Made by a program: the position numbers and the translations under genes. The notes beneath the pieces are model-generated. The model did no database searches, was not told where the DNA came from, and worked only from the letters and a program-made list of their open reading frames with translations. Below, piece by piece: positions 39,006-47,894 of a stretch of DNA of 64,000 nucleotides. The stretch is taken from positions 155,189-219,188 of the IMG/VR virus record IMGVR_UViG_3300033388_007730; one strand, 5' to 3'. Position 1 is the first letter of the stretch. Every line of letters begins with the position of its first letter.

Positions 39006-39479
39006 ATGGATGTAATAATATGTAAAAATTGTGGTAGGAATAGTTATTATAGTTATTATGGATTTTGTAATATCTTCTGCTGTGCTGATTTTGCCCATAA
39101 ACATAATCTCTCTGTTAAGGAAGCGACAGACGACATAAGAGGCGAGAGAATCGAAGAGTTGGAATTAGATCTAAAATGTATGGAAAGTGATAGAAATTAT
39201 TATGAGGATATGGCGTATGAGTGTCGTCGTTATGAAGCAATGTATGATGAGGTAAAAGGAGATATGAAGCTCCTAAAAAAGTTTGAACATGCTGAAAAAA
39301 CCTTAAAAGTACATAAAGATATGGAATCTATTAAAAGTAGATTATGTTTAAGAGAAAAAAAGATTAATGAATTAAGAGACAAAATAGATAAATTAGAAGA
39401 AATCTGTCAGAAGCTAAGAGCAGAGAATAAGATTCTTAATAGCAAATATACTCGTTATGAGATAATAGAGTTATTTTAA
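39006..39479 (+). CDS. Zinc-finger plus coiled-coil protein ending RYEIIELF
   Basis: CKNC..FC..CC. Confidence 0.7.
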   Translation: MDVIICKNCGRNSYYSYYGFCNIFCCADFAHKHNLSVKEATDDIRGERIEELELDLKCMESDRNYYEDMAYECRRYEAMYDEVKGDMKLLKKFEHAEKTLKVHKDMESIKSRLCLREKKINELRDKIDKLEEICQKLRAENKILNSKYTRYEIIELF

Positions 39480-39496
39480 AAAATATTATTTTACAC

Positions 39497-39524
39497 TTGA
39501 CTTTGGCAAAGAATATGATATAAT
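39497..39524 (+). promoter_or_regulatory. Promoter TTGACT-N16-TATAAT with extended TG
   Basis: Sequence match. Confidence 0.7.
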
Positions 39525-39573
39525 TACTTCTGTAAAATGATTTAATTTTGAGAAAGAAACAATGAATATTAAA

Positions 39574-39878
39574 ATGAAAAAAAAGTTGTTGATTTTATCA
39601 GAACCGTAGCTACTTCTGGAATAAATCTAATTATATGTAATAATGCTCTGGATCTGTTATTAGAGATAGGAGATGTGAGTACAAGTATTAGTGGAATTAG
39701 TGTGTCTCCTGTCTATTACAGGAATATTATTAAAGAGATTAAGAATGAGAAAAAGATCATGGCTATTAAGATCTTAAGAGAGGCATCTGGATTAGGATTA
39801 AAAGAGTCTAAAGATGCAATTGATAAGTGGATAGAAGATAATCTCCCAAAAGAAAAAGATAACTCTCCTGAATGGTAA
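39574..39878 (+). CDS. Ribosomal L7/L12 C-terminal-domain-like protein; N-terminal part needs -1 shift at A8 (39577-39584) or starts at GTG 39675
   Basis: KIMAIKILREASGLGLKESKDAID. Confidence 0.7.
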
Positions 39879-39885
39879 AATAAAG

Positions 39886-40284
39886 ATGGTAATAAATAAT
39901 TTAAAAGGATTACGTAAATATGGAATACTAAAAGAGGGAGACATAGTTGTATTTTATATTGATGGCAAAAAGATAAAATATTCAGTGAATGTTGCTGAAA
40001 ATACCGAGTACGGGTGGGTTTATTTGAACTGTACTGGTGATTTTAATCGTCTTATCTTCAAAATTTTAGGATTAGATGCTGAAAAAATATGTAAGGAAGA
40101 ATATGGGTATGCTCTAGAAAGAGAAGCTGATTGGCCTGCTGATTGGCCTGCTGATTGGCCTTGGGCTAAACGTAATGATTTTGAAGTAGTAACAAGAGTA
40201 GTTGAAAGATTATATAAAGAGATGGGACAAATATGTGAGGATGAAGTAGAGACAGATAGGTTCTCTCTTATAGATTTTGATTAA
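39886..40284 (+). CDS. Hypothetical protein with (ADWP)x3, ending RFSLIDFD
   Basis: ORF; shared motif. Confidence 0.7.
   Translation: MVINNLKGLRKYGILKEGDIVVFYIDGKKIKYSVNVAENTEYGWVYLNCTGDFNRLIFKILGLDAEKICKEEYGYALEREADWPADWPADWPWAKRNDFEVVTRVVERLYKEMGQICEDEVETDRFSLIDFD
40126..40161 (+). repeat. Perfect 12-nt tandem repeat gctgattggcct x3
   Basis: Direct reading. Confidence 0.9.
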
Positions 40285-40296
40285 AAGGATGGAAAA

Positions 40297-41097
40297 ATGA
40301 GTAGTAGTTTAATTATACAAGTTAGTGAAATTAAAGACGTAAGAAATCATCCAAATGCTGATAGACTTGATATTATCTCTATTAAAGGTAAAGGATGGGA
40401 GACAATTGTTAAGAGAGATGAGTATAAGGTAGGAGATGTAGTTATTTATATTCCCACAGATGTTATTCTTCCTCTTGAATTGGTAGAGAAGCTTGGGATT
40501 GCGAATTACTTAGCTGGAAAGCAGAAGAATAGAGTTAAGTGCGCAAGACTCCGTGGTGAGATGTCTTATGGTTTGGTTATTCCTAATGAAAAGAATTGGG
40601 AAGTAGGACGAGATGTTGCGGCAGAATTGGGTATTGTAAAATACGAGCCTCCTGTCAGAGCTATGGCTGGTGACGCTGCTCCAGAGGATTCAACTTTTCA
40701 TCGTTATACTGATATTGAGAATATCAATAACTTTCCTGATATTTTCAAAGATGGTGAGATGGTTGTTGCTACAGAAAAAATTGATGGATGTTTTAGATAT
40801 GATCAAAAGGTTTCTCTTGTCAACGGAGAGCAAATTTCTATCTCAGAAGTTGAGATTGGAGATATGGTTCTTTCTTATGATGAAAAAGAGGGCGAATTTG
40901 TGGCATCTAAAGTTGAGGATGTTATTATTCAAAATGTCTCTAAACAATGGGTAGAATTATCGTTTGATAATGGAAAAGAAATTGTTTGTACTGCTGATCA
41001 TTTATTCTTAACTAAGAACAGAAGATGGGTAGAGGCTGGTGATCTGGAAGAAGAAGATGAATTAGTTACGATGGATGAAGAATTTGAAAATAAATAA
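40297..41097 (+). CDS. DRB0094-family RNA ligase N-fragment fused to IntN (40789-41094)
   Basis: HPNADRLD, LRG..SYGL, KYEPP, TEKIDG then CFRYD..CTADH. Confidence 0.88.
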   Translation: MSSSLIIQVSEIKDVRNHPNADRLDIISIKGKGWETIVKRDEYKVGDVVIYIPTDVILPLELVEKLGIANYLAGKQKNRVKCARLRGEMSYGLVIPNEKNWEVGRDVAAELGIVKYEPPVRAMAGDAAPEDSTFHRYTDIENINNFPDIFKDGEMVVATEKIDGCFRYDQKVSLVNGEQISISEVEIGDMVLSYDEKEGEFVASKVEDVIIQNVSKQWVELSFDNGKEIVCTADHLFLTKNRRWVEAGDLEEEDELVTMDEEFENK

Positions 41098-41156
41098 GAG
41101 AATAATCTCTACTGGTTAGAATATATATAGAAAGAGTTAAGCCAGTGGAGATTATT

Positions 41157-41283
41157 ATGGTAAAAAACAATTAAATCTATGTTTAGAATATGGGAAAAAG
41201 ATATAAAAAAAGATTTAATGTCACAGATCGAAAGGATTAGAAGTGAAATTGATAAGAAAAAGGCTGCTCGAACAAAGTTATAA
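41157..41283 (+). pseudogene. Remnant of deleted Vsr/DUF559-like endonuclease between split-intein halves
   Basis: RBS plus MVKNN stop, then FRIWEKDIKK...KL stop overlapping IntC start. Confidence 0.5.
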
Positions 41284-41971
41284 GTGCTGGGATCTAATTA
41301 TTGAAGGAGATCATCATAATTATTTAGTGGAGGGTGCGGTTGTTCATAACAGCAATAATAGGGTAGGTTTTGAGATTTCAGAGCCAGATCAGGATGGAAG
41401 TGTTTATGTTGAAATGAAAGCTGGTTCTAATAAGTTGAAGAGAAAACGTCCTCCAACAGAAAAAATGGCAGAGAATATTTATTGGTTTTCTCAATCTCTT
41501 GACTCTGTGAAGGGGTTACTCAATCATCTTGCTGAAGATGTTGGAGTTAAAAAGACTGTCGTTCTTTATGGTGAGGTTTATGGCAGAGTTCGTGGTGGTC
41601 ATAAGTCTCTTCATTATGGAAAGCCTGGAACTTTGAACTTTGCAGCATTTAGTTTGAAGATTGATGGTAAGTATGTTTCTTGGGATGTTTTTAAACGTCT
41701 GTGTGAGATTTTTGATGTACCTACTGTCCCTGTTGTTGGTATTTTTCCATTTAGCATGGAAAGAGCAAGAGAGTTAGCAACTGGTGATTCTCTTCTTGCA
41801 GCTAAGAATGGCACAAAGCATATGAGAGAAGGAATTGTTCTTTGTGCTTTTGAAGAGAGAGATGAAATGAAGACCAGGAGAGCTATTTTAAAGATGCTTA
41901 ATCCTGATTACCTTATCCTTAAAAATAAGAGTTATGCTAAGGGTGAGGCTACTGATTTTACAGATATGTAA
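41243..41971 (+). CDS. IntC (36 aa, 41243-41350) fused to RNA ligase C-fragment
   Basis: WDL.IEG.HHNYLVEGAVVHN then Ser; YGEVYG, REGIV, LK..NPDYL. Confidence 0.88.
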   Translation: MKLIRKRLLEQSYKCWDLIIEGDHHNYLVEGAVVHNSNNRVGFEISEPDQDGSVYVEMKAGSNKLKRKRPPTEKMAENIYWFSQSLDSVKGLLNHLAEDVGVKKTVVLYGEVYGRVRGGHKSLHYGKPGTLNFAAFSLKIDGKYVSWDVFKRLCEIFDVPTVPVVGIFPFSMERARELATGDSLLAAKNGTKHMREGIVLCAFEERDEMKTRRAILKMLNPDYLILKNKSYAKGEATDFTDM

Positions 41972-41977
41972 TATGAT

Positions 41978-42013
41978 GTTCAGCCTTTGGAGGGGGAGGC
42001 TGAGCATTTTTTT
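41978..42013 (+). terminator. Rho-independent terminator
   Basis: gttcagcct/aggctgagc plus T7. Confidence 0.7.
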
Positions 42014-42029
42014 ATTTGAGAGGTAAGCT

Positions 42030-42434
42030 ATGTTGGTATATTGGGTTGTTGGATGTGTGTTAGAGTATCTACTTATTGGGTTAGTTACAGGCGGTATCCT
42101 ATTAAAAAGCGAAAGGAAATGTCTAGACAAAATTGAGATAGGAGAAGACATTTTTATTCCGATGTTTCTTTGGCCTATTTTTGTTATATTTTGTATTTGT
42201 GATGGGGCTAGTTGGGTAGTAAAAAACATTTTTAGGTTCATAGCTCTTTATATATTTAAAATTCCAGCAACAACTCTACTCGCTAGTCAACCTGATGATG
42301 GAGGTTTTGTACAGGGCACATCAGGTGGAGGTAGTAATCCACCGCCTTCTACTCCTAAACCAAATATAACTCCACCATCGCAAAAAAAGGATGAAGTGCC
42401 AACTTCAAGAGCTAGTCTCATAGATATAGATTAA
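42030..42434 (+). CDS. Membrane protein with Pro-rich linker ending RASLIDID
   Basis: Hydrophobic segments; shared motif variant. Confidence 0.7.
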   Translation: MLVYWVVGCVLEYLLIGLVTGGILLKSERKCLDKIEIGEDIFIPMFLWPIFVIFCICDGASWVVKNIFRFIALYIFKIPATTLLASQPDDGGFVQGTSGGGSNPPPSTPKPNITPPSQKKDEVPTSRASLIDID

Positions 42435-42436
42435 TT

Positions 42437-42616
42437 ATGGTTGAATCCTTATTAGTATTTTTGATTATAGCGATAGCATCTTGTTACGGATGGATATATC
42501 TTGTGAAAACATTTATCTTATTGAGGAAATGGGATTTAGAGATAGCAGAGGAAGAGGCAGAAGAGTTATTGCGTGAAAATAATTTTTTGTGTAAAAGAAT
42601 TCAGGACTTGATATGA
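42437..42616 (+). CDS. Small membrane protein
   Basis: Read by hand; ATGA overlap with next gene. Confidence 0.55.
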   Translation: MVESLLVFLIIAIASCYGWIYLVKTFILLRKWDLEIAEEEAEELLRENNFLCKRIQDLI

Positions 42617-43455
42617 AAAAATTAAATATAATAGATGAGGTCGTTTTTACTTATGATGATATTAGTACAGGAGTTAGATTAGTTGGTCGTAAGATATATG
42701 ATTATTATACTAGAGAAATAAAAACTGAAGAAGTGAATGTCTTTGTTATGTTACAAGGTGGAGCAATTTTTGCTGCTGATCTTTTTTCAGAAAAAGAACT
42801 TGGTTTTGAGAGTTCAAAAGTTAAATTCAAAATACATTACATCAATGCTAATAGTTATTATGGGGCGACAGAACCTTCTGGCAATGTGCTGGTAGATCTT
42901 TGTAGGGTTATTCCAGAAGATAATATTAAAAATAAAGATATATTGATAGTAGATGATATTTATGACAGAGGTAACACATTATCAGAAGTCGTAGAAAGAT
43001 TGAAAAAATATAATCCTAAATCTTTGGAATGTTGTGTTTTATTAAATAGAGAAATAGAAAAGGAAAAAGAAGTAGACGTTAAATTTATAGCTTTAAAAAC
43101 TGAGAGAACAGAATTTTTTATTGGGTATGGATTAGACTATGCTGGCAAATATAGAGAGCTACCACATATCGTTACATTTAATGGGGATATTGAAACTGGT
43201 GAACCATTTGAACAGATTTTGTGTAATTGCTGTGGTGAGAGTTGTGAAATAAAGATTCATGATGATAAATGTAGGTTTGGATTGATAAATGCTAAAGTCA
43301 AAGGAGGATATTTTTCTCCGGTCTTAGATGATTTAATGGTATACAGATTTGATATCTGTGAAGGATGTTTAAAGAAGATGTTCGAACAATTTAAAATACC
43401 TGTAACTATGGCAGAGTATGATGTTTGGACAGTAAAAGATGATTGTAATATTTAA
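42613..43455 (+). CDS. hpt: Hypoxanthine phosphoribosyltransferase with C-terminal zinc-binding extension
   Basis: ILIVDDIYDRGNTL, FFIGYGLDY..KYRELP; CNCC..CEGC tail. Confidence 0.85.
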   Translation: MKKLNIIDEVVFTYDDISTGVRLVGRKIYDYYTREIKTEEVNVFVMLQGGAIFAADLFSEKELGFESSKVKFKIHYINANSYYGATEPSGNVLVDLCRVIPEDNIKNKDILIVDDIYDRGNTLSEVVERLKKYNPKSLECCVLLNREIEKEKEVDVKFIALKTERTEFFIGYGLDYAGKYRELPHIVTFNGDIETGEPFEQILCNCCGESCEIKIHDDKCRFGLINAKVKGGYFSPVLDDLMVYRFDICEGCLKKMFEQFKIPVTMAEYDVWTVKDDCNI

Positions 43456-43466
43456 GAGGTAGAATA

Positions 43467-43673
43467 ATGGATAAGCAAATACACAAGGCGATAAAAACTC
43501 TGAATAAGATAGGAGATGCTATTCAAGGTATAAGAGAAATAGGATTTGATGTTGAGAATCTTTCTAAGAAATTAAGGAATGCTGAACTTGAGATTTTACT
43601 TGCCATTGATTCTATGAAAGGTAAAGAAGAAGAAGACAGAGGAAAAACTAAAATCATGAAGAGGGAGATGTAA
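43467..43673 (+). CDS. Hypothetical protein
   Basis: GAGG RBS. Confidence 0.6.
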   Translation: MDKQIHKAIKTLNKIGDAIQGIREIGFDVENLSKKLRNAELEILLAIDSMKGKEEEDRGKTKIMKREM

Positions 43674-44621
43674 ATGAGACAATTAGCATATAATGATATT
43701 TCACTGAAACCTCAAAAGTGTGTTGTAGATAGTAGGAATTTATGTGGTACATCTATCATTTTTGGTGGGCGAGAGTTTCATATGCCAGTTTATCCATCAA
43801 ATATGAAAAGTGTTGTTGATATAGAAACTTGTAAATATATGGCTAATCAGGGGTGGTTCTATACTATGCATCGTTTTGATATAGATGTATTAGATTTTGT
43901 TAAAAGTATGAATAATGCAAATGTATACATCTCTATCAGCATTGGTATTAATACTGATTCTTATGAAACACTACAACAAATTTATCAAGAACCTTTATTT
44001 ATTGATTACATAACGATAGATGTTGCAAATGCTTGGTCAGAAAAAACTCATCAAATGGTTGCTTTTATTAAAGATAAATTCCCGCATGCTTTTTTGATAG
44101 TCGGCAATGTGGCAACTGGTGAAGCGGTAAGGGAAATAGAAGAATGGGGAGCAAATGCTATTAAGGTTGGCATTGCTGGTGGAAGTGTATGTATCACTAA
44201 AAATAAAACTTCGGTCCATCGCCCAATGGTTTCGACCATCCAGGATTGCGTATCAGCGAGAAAAAAAGTTTTTATTGTAGCTGATGGTGGAGTGGTTGAA
44301 CACGGAGATATAGCAAAAGCACTTGCTCTAGGTGCTGATATGGTTATGGCAGGATCACTTTTCGCAGGGTATGATCAATCATCTGGAAATATTATAGAAA
44401 TTGATGACTCTGGGACGAGATATAAAGAATATTATGGAAGTGCTTCTAAACATAACAAAGAGGAAGCGAAAAATATAGAAGGAAAGAAAATTCTAATAAA
44501 GTATAAAGGCAATATGGAACATCTTCTGAGAGAATTGACAGAAGATTTACAGAGTTCCATATCATATGTGGGGGCAAAAGATTTATCAGGATTAAGGGGA
44601 AGTGAAATATACTATATATAG
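43674..44621 (+). CDS. guaC: GMP reductase (GuaC type)
   Basis: MHRF, ITIDVA, KVGIAGGSVCIT, ADGG, YYGSAS, DLQSSISY. Confidence 0.88.
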   Translation: MRQLAYNDISLKPQKCVVDSRNLCGTSIIFGGREFHMPVYPSNMKSVVDIETCKYMANQGWFYTMHRFDIDVLDFVKSMNNANVYISISIGINTDSYETLQQIYQEPLFIDYITIDVANAWSEKTHQMVAFIKDKFPHAFLIVGNVATGEAVREIEEWGANAIKVGIAGGSVCITKNKTSVHRPMVSTIQDCVSARKKVFIVADGGVVEHGDIAKALALGADMVMAGSLFAGYDQSSGNIIEIDDSGTRYKEYYGSASKHNKEEAKNIEGKKILIKYKGNMEHLLRELTEDLQSSISYVGAKDLSGLRGSEIYYI

Positions 44622-44630
44622 GAGATGGAA

Positions 44631-44825
44631 ATGGGACATTATGATGATGGCATGAGTTGAGAAAGGGAGAAACATGAAAAGAAGATGAAGAAGGAGTATA
44701 CGAGTTGGATTATAGAAGAACTCGAAAGTAAAACAAGTGCAGAATTAAGAGATATTCATACACTTGTAAAAAGTATAAGTGAGGTAAGAGGTGCGATGAA
44801 ATTAGTAAAAGAGTTAACAAAGTAA
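44631..44825 (+). pseudogene. Small ORF with in-frame TGA at 44658
   Basis: GGAG RBS, MGHYDDGMS-stop-EREK... open to 44825. Confidence 0.45.
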
Positions 44826-44848
44826 ATAATTTTTTAATAGGAGAAAAT

Positions 44849-45148
44849 ATGAATATTAAGTTGTTAAAGTTAATCACAGGTGAAGAAGTTATATGCGAAC
44901 TTAAAGATGAAGGAGATGATGTGGTTATGAAAAATCCTATCATTATGATGCCACAAAGAACAGAGGATGGGAAAGCTGATATAGCTATGGTAATGAAGTG
45001 GATGCCATCATCTGTAGACGAGTCTTTCAAAATAAGTAAACAGCATGTTATGTATATATCAGAACCACATATAGAGTTAGCTAATTATTATAGTGAGACA
45101 TTTGGAAGTGGGATTGTACTTCCTGAGAAAGGTTCTATTCAAATATAA
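44849..45148 (+). CDS. Phage Sm-like domain protein
   Basis: IKLLKLITGEEVI, NP, W.P, Y...FGSGIVLP. Confidence 0.65.
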   Translation: MNIKLLKLITGEEVICELKDEGDDVVMKNPIIMMPQRTEDGKADIAMVMKWMPSSVDESFKISKQHVMYISEPHIELANYYSETFGSGIVLPEKGSIQI

Positions 45149-45149
45149 A

Positions 45150-45497
45150 ATGATAGGTAAATTAATAAAATTTATTATTGCTTGGTTTAGAATACCTAGA
45201 GGACCATACTGTTACACGATTAAAGAGGTAATTAGAGACCCTTCAGGTAATGCTCCTTCAATGATTCGCTCTAAAGTTTGTCCTTACTGGGGGATTAGGA
45301 AAGATTTGCCAGCACAGGCTAATGGATATTGTAGGTATTTAAGAGTCACAGATGTAGATCAGAATAATGATCCAGAATCAGAGTTCGTCTGCACTGTAAA
45401 GGAGACAGGTGAGAAGAGTGTTCTTAAAGCTCCAGATATACCATTTGGTACAAGTCGTTTGTGGGATCAATGTAAAGAGTGTGGAATAAAGGAATAG
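45150..45497 (+). CDS. Cys-rich hypothetical protein
   Basis: IP.GPYCY, CPYW, GYC.YL, LWDQCKECG. Confidence 0.65.
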   Translation: MIGKLIKFIIAWFRIPRGPYCYTIKEVIRDPSGNAPSMIRSKVCPYWGIRKDLPAQANGYCRYLRVTDVDQNNDPESEFVCTVKETGEKSVLKAPDIPFGTSRLWDQCKECGIKE

Positions 45498-45975
45498 GTG
45501 AACTACCTCCTCCATAAAGGGGAGGCTTTTTAGATCTTTTACAACTGAATAATGACTAGATTGAGCCAGCTGTGCTTTTCTACAGTTACTTACATCAACT
45601 ATATTTTCTAAAGTAGAAAATATAGTTGATACAGAGGTTTCTGTATCCCTAAGCATTGTATTTCTACGTTCCGTAGAAATTAAAGTTTTTAATCCTTCAG
45701 TTTCGATACATTGAGCACTTTTCAAGTCTCTATCTTCTGTATAGCCACAAGAACAGTTATAAGTTCTCTGCCATACAGGTAGTTTATTTTTAGCTTTACA
45801 GACAGGGCAAAGTTGAGTAGAGGGAAAGAACTTATCAACCATTACAGATGTATGTGCTTTTTTCTTTAAAGCACTAATTATTCCACCTATAGCAGTATTT
45901 TGAATTTTCTTTCCGTGTCTCCCAGCTTTCCAGGCTTTGATGCTCTCATCCTGAAAGATGATATATTCAAGGTTG
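45498..45975 (-). mobile_element. tnpB: Truncated IS200/IS605-family element: TnpB C-terminal fragment with intact right end
   Basis: FPSTQLCPVC..R.Y.C.CG...DRD..SA; minus strand ends AAGCCTCCCCTTTATGGAGGAGGTAGTTCAC. Confidence 0.8.
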
Positions 45976-46140
45976 ATTTCGGATTGTGGAGGGATTTGGA
46001 TAAGAAGGACTCGTAACGTTACAGTAGATAAAGATGATGCTAAACTTATCCATGAGTTTAGTAGGAATAGAGTTAAGAGGTTGAGAATGATGAGCAAATC
46101 AAATCCAGTATCTAGAGAAGAGTTAATAGATTTAGATTAG
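45958..46140 (+). pseudogene. Probable 3' remnant of a gene ending SREELIDLD
   Basis: Begins inside the TnpB fragment; shared motif variant. Confidence 0.5.
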
Positions 46141-46769
46141 GTTCCTGTAGTTTCATTCATTGCTTTGACTATTAGGTAATATCTGAAACTCATTCTTCCT
46201 ACTTGGAGAGGTATACCACCAATCATAACTTCAACAAATTCATTTAGATCTGCATACGGAAGTCCAGTATCTTTTACTAATAGCTCATTATATCTGTTAG
46301 TAGCCATCGGCATACCTTTGAAATATATTTGTTTTGAAGGATCTACAGTTTTTGTTGATTCTACTATACTCATATAATTTAAATTAGCTATTTTTGCAGT
46401 AGCTAATCTATTGCCATTTAATACAAAATTAACATTATCATTGAGAGAATAAGCAGTATCTAGTGGATTAGGATTTTTTATAATATCTAAAGCATAGTAT
46501 GTTCCAATGATATCAGTAGAATTAGGTTCATTATTAACATCATTATCGGTGAAGCTAGAATCGTAAAATGGCGTTACAGAAAGAGGTATTCCACCTATAA
46601 CTAATTCAGATGAGTATTGCATGTCTGTAATAGGTCTTGCATAGTCGCCAGCATAAACTATTCTTAATGTGGCTGCTCCACCTGCTCTTTGTCCATTACT
46701 TTCGACAGCGAGTGTTGCTGTACCTACTGTGATGTCTGATATATCTGAATTACGCATTTTTGTAGTCAT
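46137..46769 (-). CDS. Hypothetical protein with repeated IGGIPL, possibly structural
   Basis: AAGGA RBS; upstream AAAGG-N17-CGAA motif. Confidence 0.7.
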   Translation of the reverse strand: MTTKMRNSDISDITVGTATLAVESNGQRAGGAATLRIVYAGDYARPITDMQYSSELVIGGIPLSVTPFYDSSFTDNDVNNEPNSTDIIGTYYALDIIKNPNPLDTAYSLNDNVNFVLNGNRLATAKIANLNYMSIVESTKTVDPSKQIYFKGMPMATNRYNELLVKDTGLPYADLNEFVEVMIGGIPLQVGRMSFRYYLIVKAMNETTGT

Positions 46770-46826
46770 TTTGTATTCCTTAAAAATATTATCTACTTAT
46801 ATTTCGATATTTTTATAGAAAATCCT

Positions 46827-46854
46827 TTGAAAGTGATTGTATATTTGGTATCAT
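46827..46854 (+). promoter_or_regulatory. Promoter TTGAAA-N16-TATCAT, back-to-back with a minus-strand AAAGG-N17-CGAAAT motif
   Basis: Sequence match. Confidence 0.6.
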
Positions 46855-46895
46855 ATTTATTATAAATAATAATTAAAATTTGTGGAGAAAAATTT

Positions 46896-47894
46896 ATGAA
46901 TACAGTTTATAGAGTATCGAGTAACGGGGGAGCACCAGCAAGGGCATCAGTACATAAAGTGTTAGATGGTAGTTCTGGAACACCAATACTCACTTCACCT
47001 GTTGAGAGAAAGAGTGTTGGAGTGGGAGCTTTAAAAGAAGCAGAAAAAATCTGTGATTATCACGATGATGGTGGTGATGAGGATGAGGATTGTTATGCTA
47101 ATCCAACTGGAATTGAAGATAGTTGTTTAAATGAAGATAATGATGTTGCTACTGTGAAGTTTGCGGAAGAGATAAAAGTAGATTTCATTCCGACCGTGGA
47201 TTTTAGAATAATGTGTAGATTTCTTGAAGCTAGTTCTGTTAATGATATTAAAAATCACCCATTCTCTGCCCCACCACTCATAACATTAATCCTCATGGAG
47301 GCATTACCTGGATATATGAAATCAAAAGATTATTCTTTTGCAGGAGAATTAAATTTTGATTGTCATGGTAATTCTATTCCACCAGAAAAAAATCCATGGA
47401 TAGTAGATGGGAAAGAGACAGCATTCACGATTCAAGGATTTTTGTATTTTGAATCTAATAGTGGCAAAAAAGAAGACAATGTTTGTTTCTTCTTATTCGC
47501 AGATTTAGAAAGAGGTGGTGCAGCCATAACATGTTATACTAGAGATGTTTTTAAATCTAAAACTGTTATAGGAGAGTTGCAGGAATATTCAAAGAGTCAT
47601 AATTGCTTGAGAGGTGCTAAGCTTAAAGATGTTAATATGTTCACTGCCTCTTTTACTGAGGTTGATAATTGCCCATCATATAACTGGGAAAATTATTATT
47701 ATCCAAAAAGTATAATTAATTTGTTTGACTTAGAAGTTTTTGAGTTTGTTAAAAACTCTGAGAGATATAATGAGTGTGGCATAACAAAGCGTGGTCTCAT
47801 TATGCATGGTAAACCAGGTTGTGTTTTGTCAGATACAAAAATAAAAATTAGAAAAAAGAAAAAAGAAGGAAAACATAATATTATTATAGAATAA
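46896..47894 (+). CDS. AAA+ ATPase N-fragment fused to 24-aa IntN (47820-47891)
   Basis: KRGLIMHGKPG then CVLSDTKIKI-stop. Confidence 0.85.
   Translation: MNTVYRVSSNGGAPARASVHKVLDGSSGTPILTSPVERKSVGVGALKEAEKICDYHDDGGDEDEDCYANPTGIEDSCLNEDNDVATVKFAEEIKVDFIPTVDFRIMCRFLEASSVNDIKNHPFSAPPLITLILMEALPGYMKSKDYSFAGELNFDCHGNSIPPEKNPWIVDGKETAFTIQGFLYFESNSGKKEDNVCFFLFADLERGGAAITCYTRDVFKSKTVIGELQEYSKSHNCLRGAKLKDVNMFTASFTEVDNCPSYNWENYYYPKSIINLFDLEVFEFVKNSERYNECGITKRGLIMHGKPGCVLSDTKIKIRKKKKEGKHNIIIE

Noticed and set aside
45378-46097. Full-length functional TnpB/Cas12f
   Set aside because: Only the C-terminal RuvC/zinc-finger part is present; both ends of the listed ORF are read-through of unrelated sequence.
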